From NCBI GenBank assembly GCA_029856125.1, contig JAHQWJ010000083.1, positions 1-30,965 on the forward strand: DNA of 30,965 nucleotides. The letters are read 5' to 3'. The notes under the pieces are model-generated. The model was not told the origin of the DNA. It was given only the letters and a program-made list of their open reading frames with translations, and searched no databases. The DNA is from Promethearchaeia archaeon. Lineage in GTDB: Archaea; Asgardarchaeota; Lokiarchaeia; Sigyniarchaeales; SOKP01. The position numbers were made by a program, and so were the translations under genes. This document shows positions 9,597 through 18,274 of this stretch, piece by piece. Positions within the stretch are counted from its first letter, which is position 1, and each line of letters begins with the position of its first letter.

Positions 9597-11480
9597 TTAA
9601 AAAAACATGGTATCAAGTCTTTCTTTTAATTTATGGGGCGGAAATTTTGGTTCTCGATCAAAAGTCAGTAAACCATTAATTTCTTGGAACTGATCGTAAA
9701 GTTCAGTGTAACAAAAGCCTTGAATCCATTCTTTTCTTGCGTCGAATTCCTTAAGTAAGTCTAACACTTTTCTAAAGAAACTTTCAGAATCTTCTATTAA
9801 TCCTCCGTAACCCCATTTATTTTTAATTTTTTCTTTGAAATCATATCCAAATCCTCCAATTTCACTGTAAATAACGGGTTCGCCTTTATATTCGTATGGT
9901 TTTAAATAGATTTTTTCCATTGACCTTTTATGACTCTTAATTTCATCGTCTAAAGTTGCTGGTAATGAATCGTTAGGTGGATACGAGTGTCGTGAACATA
10001 CATCATTATTTTCTGTATGCCACCATCCATCGTCATCTATAATTAATCGAGTAGAATCAATTGATTTTATTAAAAAATACAATGCAGATGTGTAATATCC
10101 CCTTTTTGGGTCTTTTTCTGCTCCAGAAACCCCCCATCCTTCGTTTAATGGTACCCAAACAATAATCGAAGGATGGTTATAATCTCTCTCAACTTCAGCT
10201 ACAAATTCGTTAATTAGTCTAAGTTGTGATTTAACAGAGAAGCGGTAAGCGTTACCGATTTCTCCCCAAACTAAAACACCCATTTTATCACACCAATATA
10301 AAAATCGGGGGTCAAAGACTTTTTGATGCGTTCTTAGGCCATTAAATCCAAAATCGATAACATATTGAATATCCTTTTTGATACATTCATCAGAGGGGGG
10401 AGTATATAAGCTATCAGGCCAATAACCTTGCACTAAAAATAGTTTTTGATATAAAGGTTTACCATTTAGCAAAATTCGCTCCAAATTATTTCCAAAATCT
10501 GATATTGAAATTTTTCTCATACCGAAATAGCTTGATATCTCATCATAAATCTCACCCGTTTCTTCATTTTGAACTTTTAGTGATATATCGTATAAATTCG
10601 GACTATAGATATCCCAAAGAAACAACTTATCGTCAGGAACTTTAACCTTGAATTTGAAGCGATTTGGATTCTCAAAAAACATATCCTTATGGAATAATTC
10701 AATCCTTTCTTTCAATACATTCCTATCTTTTCGCTGCTCGATTTTTCCGATGAAATCCAAATTTATGTTCTTCTGAGCAATAGTCTGATTCTTAAAAGAA
10801 ATATCGATGAATAGATATAACTTTGAATAGCCAATCCCATTAATAATGATTTCAAATATAACTTCAGATTTATCGATATTTGGAGTAATTTTTAAATTCT
10901 CAATATATAACTCTGGAGATACAAATTCCAACCAAACCGTTTGCCAAATACCAGATACTCTCGGATAAAAGATCAATTCAAGATCGCTTTTCCAGAACTG
11001 TTTACCTCTAGGGATCTCAAGATCATGGCTTGGATCTTCTACTCTAACAACTAAAATGTTATTTTCTTCGAGAAAATTTGTAATATCGAAAGAAAATCCA
11101 ATATAACCTCCCTCATGAGAGCCTACATAAGCATCATTTAAGTAAATTACACAACTATAATCAACAGCCCCAAAATGAAGCAAAACTTTCTTTTTTTCGA
11201 ATTGTTTCTGAATTTTGAATTCTTTTCGATACCAAAAGACTTCGTGAAATGATGTATCCTCAATCCCACTCATTTTGCTTTGAAAGCAAAAAGGAACTAT
11301 AATTTTTCTATCAAAATTCTTTGAGTTTTCTTTTTTATGCCAGCGTTCTTTTAATCCAATATTTGCATCATCAAAAGCAAAGTCCCATTCCCCGTTAAGA
11401 TTAATCCAATTATCCTTCCGAACTAATTGTGGTCTAGGATATTCTGGTCTTGGTATGATTTTTTCCCCTATATTTTTCAT
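9597..11480 (-). CDS. Glycoside hydrolase family 2 (beta-galactosidase/beta-glucuronidase-like)
   Basis: PRPEYPRPQLVR, NLNGEWDF, LHFGAVDY, GFNGLRTHQK, acid/base motif NHPSIIVWVPLNEGWG, nucleophile motif YSEIGG. Confidence 0.9.
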   Translation of the reverse strand: MKNIGEKIIPRPEYPRPQLVRKDNWINLNGEWDFAFDDANIGLKERWHKKENSKNFDRKIIVPFCFQSKMSGIEDTSFHEVFWYRKEFKIQKQFEKKKVLLHFGAVDYSCVIYLNDAYVGSHEGGYIGFSFDITNFLEENNILVVRVEDPSHDLEIPRGKQFWKSDLELIFYPRVSGIWQTVWLEFVSPELYIENLKITPNIDKSEVIFEIIINGIGYSKLYLFIDISFKNQTIAQKNINLDFIGKIEQRKDRNVLKERIELFHKDMFFENPNRFKFKVKVPDDKLFLWDIYSPNLYDISLKVQNEETGEIYDEISSYFGMRKISISDFGNNLERILLNGKPLYQKLFLVQGYWPDSLYTPPSDECIKKDIQYVIDFGFNGLRTHQKVFDPRFLYWCDKMGVLVWGEIGNAYRFSVKSQLRLINEFVAEVERDYNHPSIIVWVPLNEGWGVSGAEKDPKRGYYTSALYFLIKSIDSTRLIIDDDGWWHTENNDVCSRHSYPPNDSLPATLDDEIKSHKRSMEKIYLKPYEYKGEPVIYSEIGGFGYDFKEKIKNKWGYGGLIEDSESFFRKVLDLLKEFDARKEWIQGFCYTELYDQFQEINGLLTFDREPKFPPHKLKERLDTMFF

Positions 11481-11572
11481 GAGAAAAAAAAAATTATTAT
11501 AAATAAAAAGTTATCCAAATTTAATATAATAGAAATTTTTGGAAGAAATTTAGATATAGGTTATAGAGTGAT

Positions 11573-12616
11573 ATGAATTCGTTAGATTTAACCCTTTCAG
11601 CGATAAAAGGCATTCCGGAAAAAATTCCATTCAATCCCTTCATAATGCATTTAGCAGCGTCTTTAGTAGGAGTTGATTATAACCGTGAATATTGTCAAAA
11701 CCCAGAAATTTTAGCAAATGCTCAGGTAAATTGTGCTAATTTTTTTGGAATAGATCATGTTAACGTCTCAACAGATGCATATCGCGAAGCTAACGCCTGG
11801 GGCGTAAAGATAGATTGGTCTAGTCATACTCCAATTGCTAAAACATATCTAAAGATTTCTGAATTTGAGTCTCTTGAAGTTCCTGACTTACTTTCTAACC
11901 AGAGAATAGTTAATAGAGTGAATGCTGTAAAAGCACTCTCTGAGCAAGTAGGTGGAGAACAATGCGTTGTAGGTTGGATTGAAGCGCCTTTTGCTGAAAT
12001 TTGTTGTTTATTTGATCTAGTCAATGTATTAATGCTGTGCCGTAATGATGATTGGGATAAAAAAATTGTATCACTTATTGAAAGAATCTTACCAATCCAG
12101 AAAGAATTTGCTAAATTACAAATTGAAGCGGGGGCTCACATTATTGGGGCTGGAGATTCAGCTATTTCACAAATTGGGCCATATAGATACGAAAAATGTT
12201 GCTTGAAAGCGACAAAGGACCTTTTTGACTCGATTCAAAATGACGTTCCGGTCCTGTATCACATTTGTGGCGATAATGGTGTAATTGACAAGGAAGGTAG
12301 AGACATGCTAAAATTAGTATCGAGCACGAATGCTGCGATCATAGATCTAGATTATCAAGTAGATCTTAAAGTAGCGAAAGAAAAAATAGGTAAAAGGAAT
12401 TGTATTAGAGGAAACACAAATACTCAAGTTTTGGGAAGCACCACATATTCAATTAGCGAAGTAAGCAGTGAAATAGAAAAAACAATTGAACAAGGAAAAC
12501 CAGGTGGGATGTTTCAATATGCAGCAGGATGCGAATGGCCCTGGGAACCGTTGTCAATGGCAAGCAGAAATTTAGGGATTGCTAGAACTTTAGTCGAGAA
12601 CCTAGGAAAGTATTAG
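11573..12616 (+). CDS. Uroporphyrinogen decarboxylase / MtaA-CmuA methylcobamide methyltransferase family protein
   Basis: GWIEAPFAE, QIEAGAHII, Zn-type HICG and C-terminal AAGCE motifs; length fits a TIM barrel. Confidence 0.75.
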   Translation: MNSLDLTLSAIKGIPEKIPFNPFIMHLAASLVGVDYNREYCQNPEILANAQVNCANFFGIDHVNVSTDAYREANAWGVKIDWSSHTPIAKTYLKISEFESLEVPDLLSNQRIVNRVNAVKALSEQVGGEQCVVGWIEAPFAEICCLFDLVNVLMLCRNDDWDKKIVSLIERILPIQKEFAKLQIEAGAHIIGAGDSAISQIGPYRYEKCCLKATKDLFDSIQNDVPVLYHICGDNGVIDKEGRDMLKLVSSTNAAIIDLDYQVDLKVAKEKIGKRNCIRGNTNTQVLGSTTYSISEVSSEIEKTIEQGKPGGMFQYAAGCEWPWEPLSMASRNLGIARTLVENLGKY

Positions 12617-12681
12617 AATTGAAAATTAGAGTTAATTTTATATAGATTTAAGTTAATTTCTTTAAATATTAAAGAAGAGAA

Positions 12682-13653
12682 TTGATTAGATTGAAAATCG
12701 ATATTGAAGTTTTAAAAAAACTAGAACGATCAATAGATATTTATAATCCCGAAAAAGGAGAAGTGCCTATAAAAGTACTTGGGTTTGGTGAAATAAGTCT
12801 AGTATTTGAGCTACTAAGCGATGTAGAACCTATAGCTTATAAGAGAATTCCTATTTTTGATAATGAAAAACAAGTTAATCGCCATATCTGGGCATATAAC
12901 GAGTATAATCGAATTTTAGATCAAGATGTCGGATTAAATCTTCCTAAATATGATGTAGCATGGTTTAAAGACGATGAAGATAAGATTCAGTTTTATTGTG
13001 TGCAAGAAAAAATCTCCCCCGAATCAGTAGGGAACCGCGTAATACATCAAATAAATGACAATGATATCAATACTTTGATTCTACTAGTAATGAGAGAAAT
13101 GAAAAAAGTATGGGAATATAGCAAGAACCATGAAACAATTGATTTAGGATTAGATGGGCAAATCTCTAATTTTATGCTAATTGGATACGATCCAGACAAT
13201 CCTAATATCGATATGAATACAAAATTAACTTATATTGACACTTCAACTCCAATGTTTAGAAAAAACGGGGTAGAGGCAATGGATGGTGAGTTATTCTTAA
13301 AAAGTACTCCGTCTTTTTTGAGATTTCTCGTAAAAGCAGCGTTTCTGGACGAAGTCGTAGATCGTTATTACGATTGGCGTTTAGTAACTATCGATTTAAT
13401 CGCAAACTTCTTTAAGGAACAGAGACCAGAGCTTATTCCCGGAATTATTCGTAATGTAAACAAATTCTTCAAAGAAGAAGCGAGTGAGTTCAATATTGAA
13501 CCGATTACATTTGAAGAAGTCCAAAAATATTACAAAAACGATAAGATGATTTGGGTAATTTTTCAAAATGCAAGAAAGATCGATCGCTTTCTAAAAACTA
13601 GACTCTTTAAGAAAAAATACGATTTTTACTTACCAGATAAAATAAAAAGGTAA
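12682..13653 (+). CDS. Conserved hypothetical protein, DUF6206-like (possibly kinase-like fold)
   Basis: 323-aa ORF with TTG start; VLGFGEIS, AYKR, DGQISNF and YIDTSTP motifs. Family recalled from memory, not searched. Confidence 0.55.
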   Translation: MIRLKIDIEVLKKLERSIDIYNPEKGEVPIKVLGFGEISLVFELLSDVEPIAYKRIPIFDNEKQVNRHIWAYNEYNRILDQDVGLNLPKYDVAWFKDDEDKIQFYCVQEKISPESVGNRVIHQINDNDINTLILLVMREMKKVWEYSKNHETIDLGLDGQISNFMLIGYDPDNPNIDMNTKLTYIDTSTPMFRKNGVEAMDGELFLKSTPSFLRFLVKAAFLDEVVDRYYDWRLVTIDLIANFFKEQRPELIPGIIRNVNKFFKEEASEFNIEPITFEEVQKYYKNDKMIWVIFQNARKIDRFLKTRLFKKKYDFYLPDKIKR

Positions 13654-13682
13654 AAAGAACAATCGAGATTAAGGATACTACC

Positions 13683-14255
13683 ATGATAAGGGCATTCATT
13701 GCCATCGAATTAAAAAATAAAATTACGATTGAAAACATTAACTCGTTTTCATCTCGGATGAAACTAAATCAGCCTAACATAAAACTGGTTAAACCAGAAA
13801 ACCTTCACATGACTGTGAAATTTTTAGGAAACATTTCTGAATCTTTAGCATCGCAGATATATAACAGCTTAAAGCAAGAAATAAACGAAGATATGTTTAA
13901 AGGAAAAACTTTTAATTACAATTTAAAAGGCGTTGGTCAGTTTAGAAAATTCTCTGTAATTTGGGTAAAGTTGATAGGAGATATCCAGTTTTTACAACAA
14001 GTAAAGGTTTCTATTGAAAATATCCTATTTGAAAGAATGAGTATTCCAAGAGATAAACGACCACGATTTGTACCGCATTTGACAATTGGAAGGCTAAAAG
14101 AAGGCAAAATAAATTATCAAACTTTTAGTGCTTTAAAAAACTTAGTCAATGAGAATAAAAATTTAGAACTGGGGCCTTTTACTATCAATCAAGTAAAATT
14201 AAAAAAATCTGATCTAACCCCTAAAGGTCCAATTTACTCCGATTTGGTATACTAA
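13683..14255 (+). CDS. thpR: RNA 2',3'-cyclic phosphodiesterase / 2'-5' RNA ligase (2H phosphoesterase)
   Basis: MIRAFIAIEL, two HxT motifs (NLHMTVKFLG, PHLTIGR), C-terminal KSDLTPKGPIY. Confidence 0.9.
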   Translation: MIRAFIAIELKNKITIENINSFSSRMKLNQPNIKLVKPENLHMTVKFLGNISESLASQIYNSLKQEINEDMFKGKTFNYNLKGVGQFRKFSVIWVKLIGDIQFLQQVKVSIENILFERMSIPRDKRPRFVPHLTIGRLKEGKINYQTFSALKNLVNENKNLELGPFTINQVKLKKSDLTPKGPIYSDLVY

Positions 14256-14951
14256 ATGAATAAAAAACCGATTAAGGCAATAGTTTGGGATCTCGATGGC
14301 ACTTTAATTCATTTTAAAATCAACTCTATTAAAGCTCGAAGGAAAGCGATAAAAATCTTGAGGGTTCATGGAGTTTCTAAGAAAGTATTATCAATTGATA
14401 TGCCTATTCTAGAAGCAATTAAAATATCTAAGCAATTTTTTATCGAATTTGGATATTCCCCTGAAAAAATTAAAAAAATCAGTGAGGAAGTCAACAAAGC
14501 GATAATTGAAGTTGAACATGAAGCTGCGATTAAAGCCACATTAATTGAGGGAATAGCTGAAGTATTAGAATTTGCTCATAAAAAAAACCTTAAACAAGCG
14601 ATCTTTACATACAATACTCATATTAATGCGAGAACTTCTTTAGAGACAGCAGGAATTACACGCTACTTCGATGTTATTGCTGGTCGCGACGACATTAAAA
14701 ACCTTAAACCACACCCAGATCACCTAAGATATGTGTGCGGAAAAATAAACGTACAATTAGATGAAATAGTTATTATTGGTGATACCGGAAGGGATATCGA
14801 AGCCGCCGTATTGACTAATTCTAAATCTATCGCTTTAAATACTAAAATCCCTAGCTTTATTAAGAGAGAAGCGTTTGAAAAAGCAGATAAAATAATACAA
14901 CCAGATGAGTTACCGTATGAATTAATAGAAACTCTTGAAGATTTTTTGTAA
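14256..14951 (+). CDS. HAD-family hydrolase (phosphoglycolate phosphatase-like)
   Basis: WDLDGTL, KPHPD and IGDTGRD motifs; starts immediately after the thpR stop. Confidence 0.85.
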   Translation: MNKKPIKAIVWDLDGTLIHFKINSIKARRKAIKILRVHGVSKKVLSIDMPILEAIKISKQFFIEFGYSPEKIKKISEEVNKAIIEVEHEAAIKATLIEGIAEVLEFAHKKNLKQAIFTYNTHINARTSLETAGITRYFDVIAGRDDIKNLKPHPDHLRYVCGKINVQLDEIVIIGDTGRDIEAAVLTNSKSIALNTKIPSFIKREAFEKADKIIQPDELPYELIETLEDFL

Positions 14952-15048
14952 TATAATAAAAACAAATTATAAATACCATTTAATCTATTATTGAAATAAT
15001 TTTCTTAAATAATCAAAATTTAATTTAAAAAAGGTTTAAATGTAAATA

Positions 15049-15309
15049 ATGGGTCGAATAGAATTTGACTTAGACGTCTTAAAACCACATATTCCATCGA
15101 ATTACGGCGTTGCGCAAGCATTAGAGGAGATTCCTGGCGTTTTGTTTGTTCAGATTAAAACAGACGAGATTGATCAAAAAACAACATCGGTATTTATAAC
15201 ACTTAAAGGAACTGAAGAACTTTCACTTGAAGCTATTAAAGAGAAATTAGAAAGCATGAATTGTGCTTTGCATAGCGTCGATCGAGTGCAGATTGATAAA
15301 CTTACTTAA
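15049..15309 (+). CDS. DUF211-family small archaeal protein
   Basis: LDVLKPH and EID, and a C-terminal ALHSVDRV pattern typical of DUF211. Confidence 0.75.
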   Translation: MGRIEFDLDVLKPHIPSNYGVAQALEEIPGVLFVQIKTDEIDQKTTSVFITLKGTEELSLEAIKEKLESMNCALHSVDRVQIDKLT

Positions 15310-15360
15310 TTCTTTATTTCAATTTTTTTTATCTTATTTAGTTAACACCAATTAGATATA

Positions 15361-15723
15361 ATGTCGTTGCCAAGTACTCCAAATGTGTTAAAAATCCTCC
15401 AAGAACATGGAGAGATAAACGATGAATTAGACTTTGCTTTAATGAATTATTTGATCACAAATAGAGGACCCGGATATACCGCTTGTCAGCCCCAACTTGT
15501 CGAACTCGAGAACAGTAAACGAGCAATTAAGATGAATATTGATAACACTTTTATAGATAAGGATAATAAACTAATGGGAATGGGGATTGTGGGAACACTT
15601 TTTATAGATGTTGATTCTCTGCAAGTAATGTATTGTTCCTCATCAGAAGAACTCGTTAAAAATATAGAAAAACTAAAGAACTCTGGAATCCAGCCCCAAG
15701 CTAGACCGAAAGGTAAATATTAA
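15361..15723 (+). CDS. Hypothetical protein
   Basis: 120-aa ORF, co-oriented with its neighbours, ordinary globular composition. Confidence 0.7.
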   Translation: MSLPSTPNVLKILQEHGEINDELDFALMNYLITNRGPGYTACQPQLVELENSKRAIKMNIDNTFIDKDNKLMGMGIVGTLFIDVDSLQVMYCSSSEELVKNIEKLKNSGIQPQARPKGKY

Positions 15724-15845
15724 GATTTATCGCAATTGTCATTCTTCTTTGCATGCTAAAACTTCATGAATTTATGTTTATCAATAAAGCAATCATATCC
15801 ATAAAAAATATATGGTTTGGATATAAATATTGAATAAGAATCATA

Positions 15846-16376
15846 ATGACAGATACCGCTAATAATATAAAAAATCTAATTCAAGATTATTTACTTGACG
15901 AAGGGCTTCTAAGAAACAAAATTTCGATCGATGAAAAAAAACTTGAGTTTGGTTTTCAATTTGTATTCCCACCAGGGCCTATAGCGCAAAAAATGGTAGT
16001 AATAAAACCGAAAAATAAGGATTTAATTATTATTTCTAATCCAATTCAAATTTCTCCCCAGCAAGTTGAAGTTTTAAACTCATTAGACGACAATAGAAAA
16101 ATTTTCTTTTTTATGGATATCAGAAAGTTTTTCCTCGTAAAAGATGTTTTTTTTAGAATAGATACTCAAAAATTCAGATATGAAATAAGCGATCAGATGT
16201 TTCTCAAAAAAGACGGGACTATCTCGAAAAATTCCTTTTTTAAGAGCATTAGAAAGGTTTTTACGTGTTCTGCCTATTCTAATATGCTCCTTAACGAATA
16301 TTGCTCAGGAAAGATAAAATCAGGGGATACGGCTAAATCTAAAGATTTTACTTCAGACTTCTCATTATATTCATAA
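15846..16376 (+). CDS. DUF2299-like archaeal protein
   Basis: IQDYLLDEG N-terminus and FQFVFPPG. Family recalled from memory. Confidence 0.6.
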   Translation: MTDTANNIKNLIQDYLLDEGLLRNKISIDEKKLEFGFQFVFPPGPIAQKMVVIKPKNKDLIIISNPIQISPQQVEVLNSLDDNRKIFFFMDIRKFFLVKDVFFRIDTQKFRYEISDQMFLKKDGTISKNSFFKSIRKVFTCSAYSNMLLNEYCSGKIKSGDTAKSKDFTSDFSLYS

Positions 16377-16389
16377 TTAAATACCAAAA

Positions 16390-16923
16390 GTGAGTAGAAT
16401 AATTTTTGACAAATGGCTACAAGCCTTAGGAAAACTAGATTATGTTCAAGGTAAAACAAGACCAGATGTTGATTGCATTTTATGCGCAATTAAAGAAAAC
16501 GACGAGAAAGTAGTCATCTTAAAAATTTATGAGGATAACATTTGTTTCGTGGTGTTAAATATTTATCCTTTCAACCCTGGACACCTCATGTGCGTTCCAA
16601 ATAGACATATTACAAAATATACCGAACTAACGAAAAAGGAGCTTTTACATCTGAATAGAGCAATCCAGGGTTTGCAACTATTACTCGATGATTTATATAA
16701 CCCAAAAGGTTACAACATGGGAATAAATCAAGGAAATTATGCTGGGGCAAGTATAGACCATCTACATTTCCATGTTGTTCCAAGATATGGCACAGAATTA
16801 GGATTTATTGATATAGTCGGAAACACTCGAGTTCTTCCTGAAGGATTGGATTCCGTGAAGAAAAAGCTAACTCAAAATGTTAATAAATTTTTAAACAAAG
16901 AATTTTTTGAAAACTTCAAGTAA
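16390..16923 (+). CDS. HIT-family nucleotide hydrolase (FHIT/Ap4A phosphorylase-like)
   Basis: CILC, LNIYPFNPGHL and histidine triad AGASIDHLHFHVVPR; GTG start. Confidence 0.9.
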   Translation: MSRIIFDKWLQALGKLDYVQGKTRPDVDCILCAIKENDEKVVILKIYEDNICFVVLNIYPFNPGHLMCVPNRHITKYTELTKKELLHLNRAIQGLQLLLDDLYNPKGYNMGINQGNYAGASIDHLHFHVVPRYGTELGFIDIVGNTRVLPEGLDSVKKKLTQNVNKFLNKEFFENFK

Positions 16924-17225
16924 AGGGCGCTCTTTAATACAAATTACAGGCTTATAACCAAAATAAGAAAAAAAATTTCTCCAATAATGTTTATTTTAGG
17001 GTAGTAACAAGTATTGAGTATTTAAAGGAAAAATTTTTTAACCACACGAAATCGCAAAATCTTACTATTAAAACGAGATTTTAATGCATCTAAACAAACC
17101 TTTTAATTAACTTACAACTTTTTATGTCAACTCTAAAAGGATTCTTAATATATTTAAATCATACTACATAGGGATAACCTATCACCATAGAGAATAGAAA
17201 AAATAAATTTCACAGAGAATAAAAA

Positions 17226-17531
17226 ATGACAGAAAAAGAAAAAGGAAAAAGAGAGCCAGGTCAAGAGAACGCGGTTTTTGTTGGTCGTCGTCCTACGATG
17301 AATTATGTAATGGCTGTAATGATGGTCCTGAATAAAGGAGTAGAATGCACTGTAAAGGCTCGTGGTAGAGCGATTTCTCACGCCGTCGATATTTGCGAGA
17401 TCTTAAAAAACCGCTTTTTGAAAGGAGTTGAATATAAAGAGATTCGCATTTCTACGGAGCAACTTAAAGGCGAGGATGGTCGTGAAAACAATGTAAGCTC
17501 AATAGAGATCGTTCTTTCGCCTCCGAAGTAA
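17226..17531 (+). CDS. albA: DNA/RNA-binding protein Alba
   Basis: VFVGRRPTMNYVMAV, VKARGRAISHAVD and NVSSIEIVL motifs. Confidence 0.95.
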   Translation: MTEKEKGKREPGQENAVFVGRRPTMNYVMAVMMVLNKGVECTVKARGRAISHAVDICEILKNRFLKGVEYKEIRISTEQLKGEDGRENNVSSIEIVLSPPK

Positions 17532-17889
17532 ATAGAACTCGCGTTTTTGATGGGTTTATCAATTTAATTATGTAAGATTGCATAGGTTTCAAGATTCTAA
17601 TATATTTTATCAAGCGTGTAAATTGATTCAATTCATCAACGACTATTGCTTTAACAAATAGAAATTCTTTTTTAATTCTATTTTCAATTATTTTTTTTTA
17701 TCATTGAAAAATTATTAATTTGTTTGTTCAGCACATTTTAAAAGATTAAATTGACTTTTATTAACTTAACATTTGAATAGTTAAAAAAATTTATCTTTTC
17801 AGACATCACAAAGTCTCCTCTTGCTTCCTTGAGTTTTGTAATTTTCTAAAGAGTTTTAAGAGAAAAATAATCGTTGACAAAATATATAG

Positions 17890-17898
17890 AAAAAAAAA
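17890..17898 (-). terminator. Oligo-U terminator candidate for the histone gene
   Basis: A9 run on the + strand (U9 in the transcript) about 30 nt downstream of the exon-2 stop codon. Confidence 0.45.
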
Positions 17899-17925
17899 GA
17901 ATAAAGATTTTAAGAATTCGGTTCT

Positions 17926-18186
17926 CTATCTTGTTGCCTTTCGTATGTCGGCGGCTGTAATTCTTTTAAGACCCTAAACGGAAGCCGTTAAGGGATTTCT
18001 CTTGTCCGCCTTGGTTATTTTTATTGCTTCTTTAGTTGCATCAGCCGCCATTTTCTCAAGATATCCAATTAATTTATCTAGAGCGTCAGCCGCTACTAAA
18101 TCAGCACCTTCTTTTTTCATTAATCTTCGAATTGGTGCTTTAGCAATATAACCATCAGATTTTTTTGCTGGAGCTTTTTTAGCCAT
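17926..18186 (-). CDS. Archaeal histone, two exons: complement(join(17926..17965,17996..18186)), 76 aa after splicing
   Basis: Exon 1 encodes MAKKAPAKKSDGYIAKAPIRRLMKKEGADLVAADALDKL...KADKR. In the same frame, 30 nt later, comes KRITAADIRKATR*, which supplies the L2 loop and alpha-3 (compare HMf-type RKTIKAEDI). SD GGAGG at 18195-18199. Confidence 0.9.
17966..17995 (-). other. Candidate 30-nt bulge-helix-bulge/loop (tRNA-type) intron in the histone mRNA
   Basis: mRNA reads GAGA-AA^U-CCCUUAACGG-CUU-CCGUUUAGGG-UCUU-AA^A. The 4-bp central helix is GAGA/UCUU and there is an in-frame UAG at 17974-17976. Excision yields AGA AAA AGA AUU. Confidence 0.8.
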
Positions 18187-18213
18187 TTTTTATTCCTCCA
18201 CTATTTTTTTTTG

Positions 18214-18231
18214 TATTAAAACGTTTTAATA
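18214..18231. repeat. Perfect 18-bp palindrome TATTAAAACGTTTTAATA in the histone leader
   Basis: Read directly; lies between the TATA candidate and the SD. Confidence 0.7.
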
Positions 18232-18266
18232 TAGATTATTAATTAATAATAACTACGAATTTCTAT

Positions 18267-18274
18267 TATATAAA
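18267..18274 (-). promoter_or_regulatory. TATA box candidate for the histone gene
   Basis: TTTATATA on the minus strand about 80 nt upstream of the ATG. The AT-rich background limits certainty. Confidence 0.45.

Noticed and set aside
13683-14255. ThpR as the ligase for the histone intron
   Set aside because: Archaeal intron ligation is attributed to RtcB. thpR is a common gene about 3.7 kb away in a different transcription unit, and there is no evidence of a link.
17974-17976. Pyrrolysine or other amber read-through of the histone UAG
   Set aside because: Read-through would leave a 10-aa insert (NPLTASV-X-GL) in the middle of the conserved R-K-x-I-x-x-x-D motif. Other genes in the window use TAG as a normal stop, and the BHB-like geometry explains the insert exactly. 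Not formally excluded.
17974-18186. Histone as a truncated 70-aa protein or pseudogene
   Set aside because: The downstream exon is intact and in frame with its own stop and U-tract, and the SD is intact. A single clean structured insert is the only lesion.
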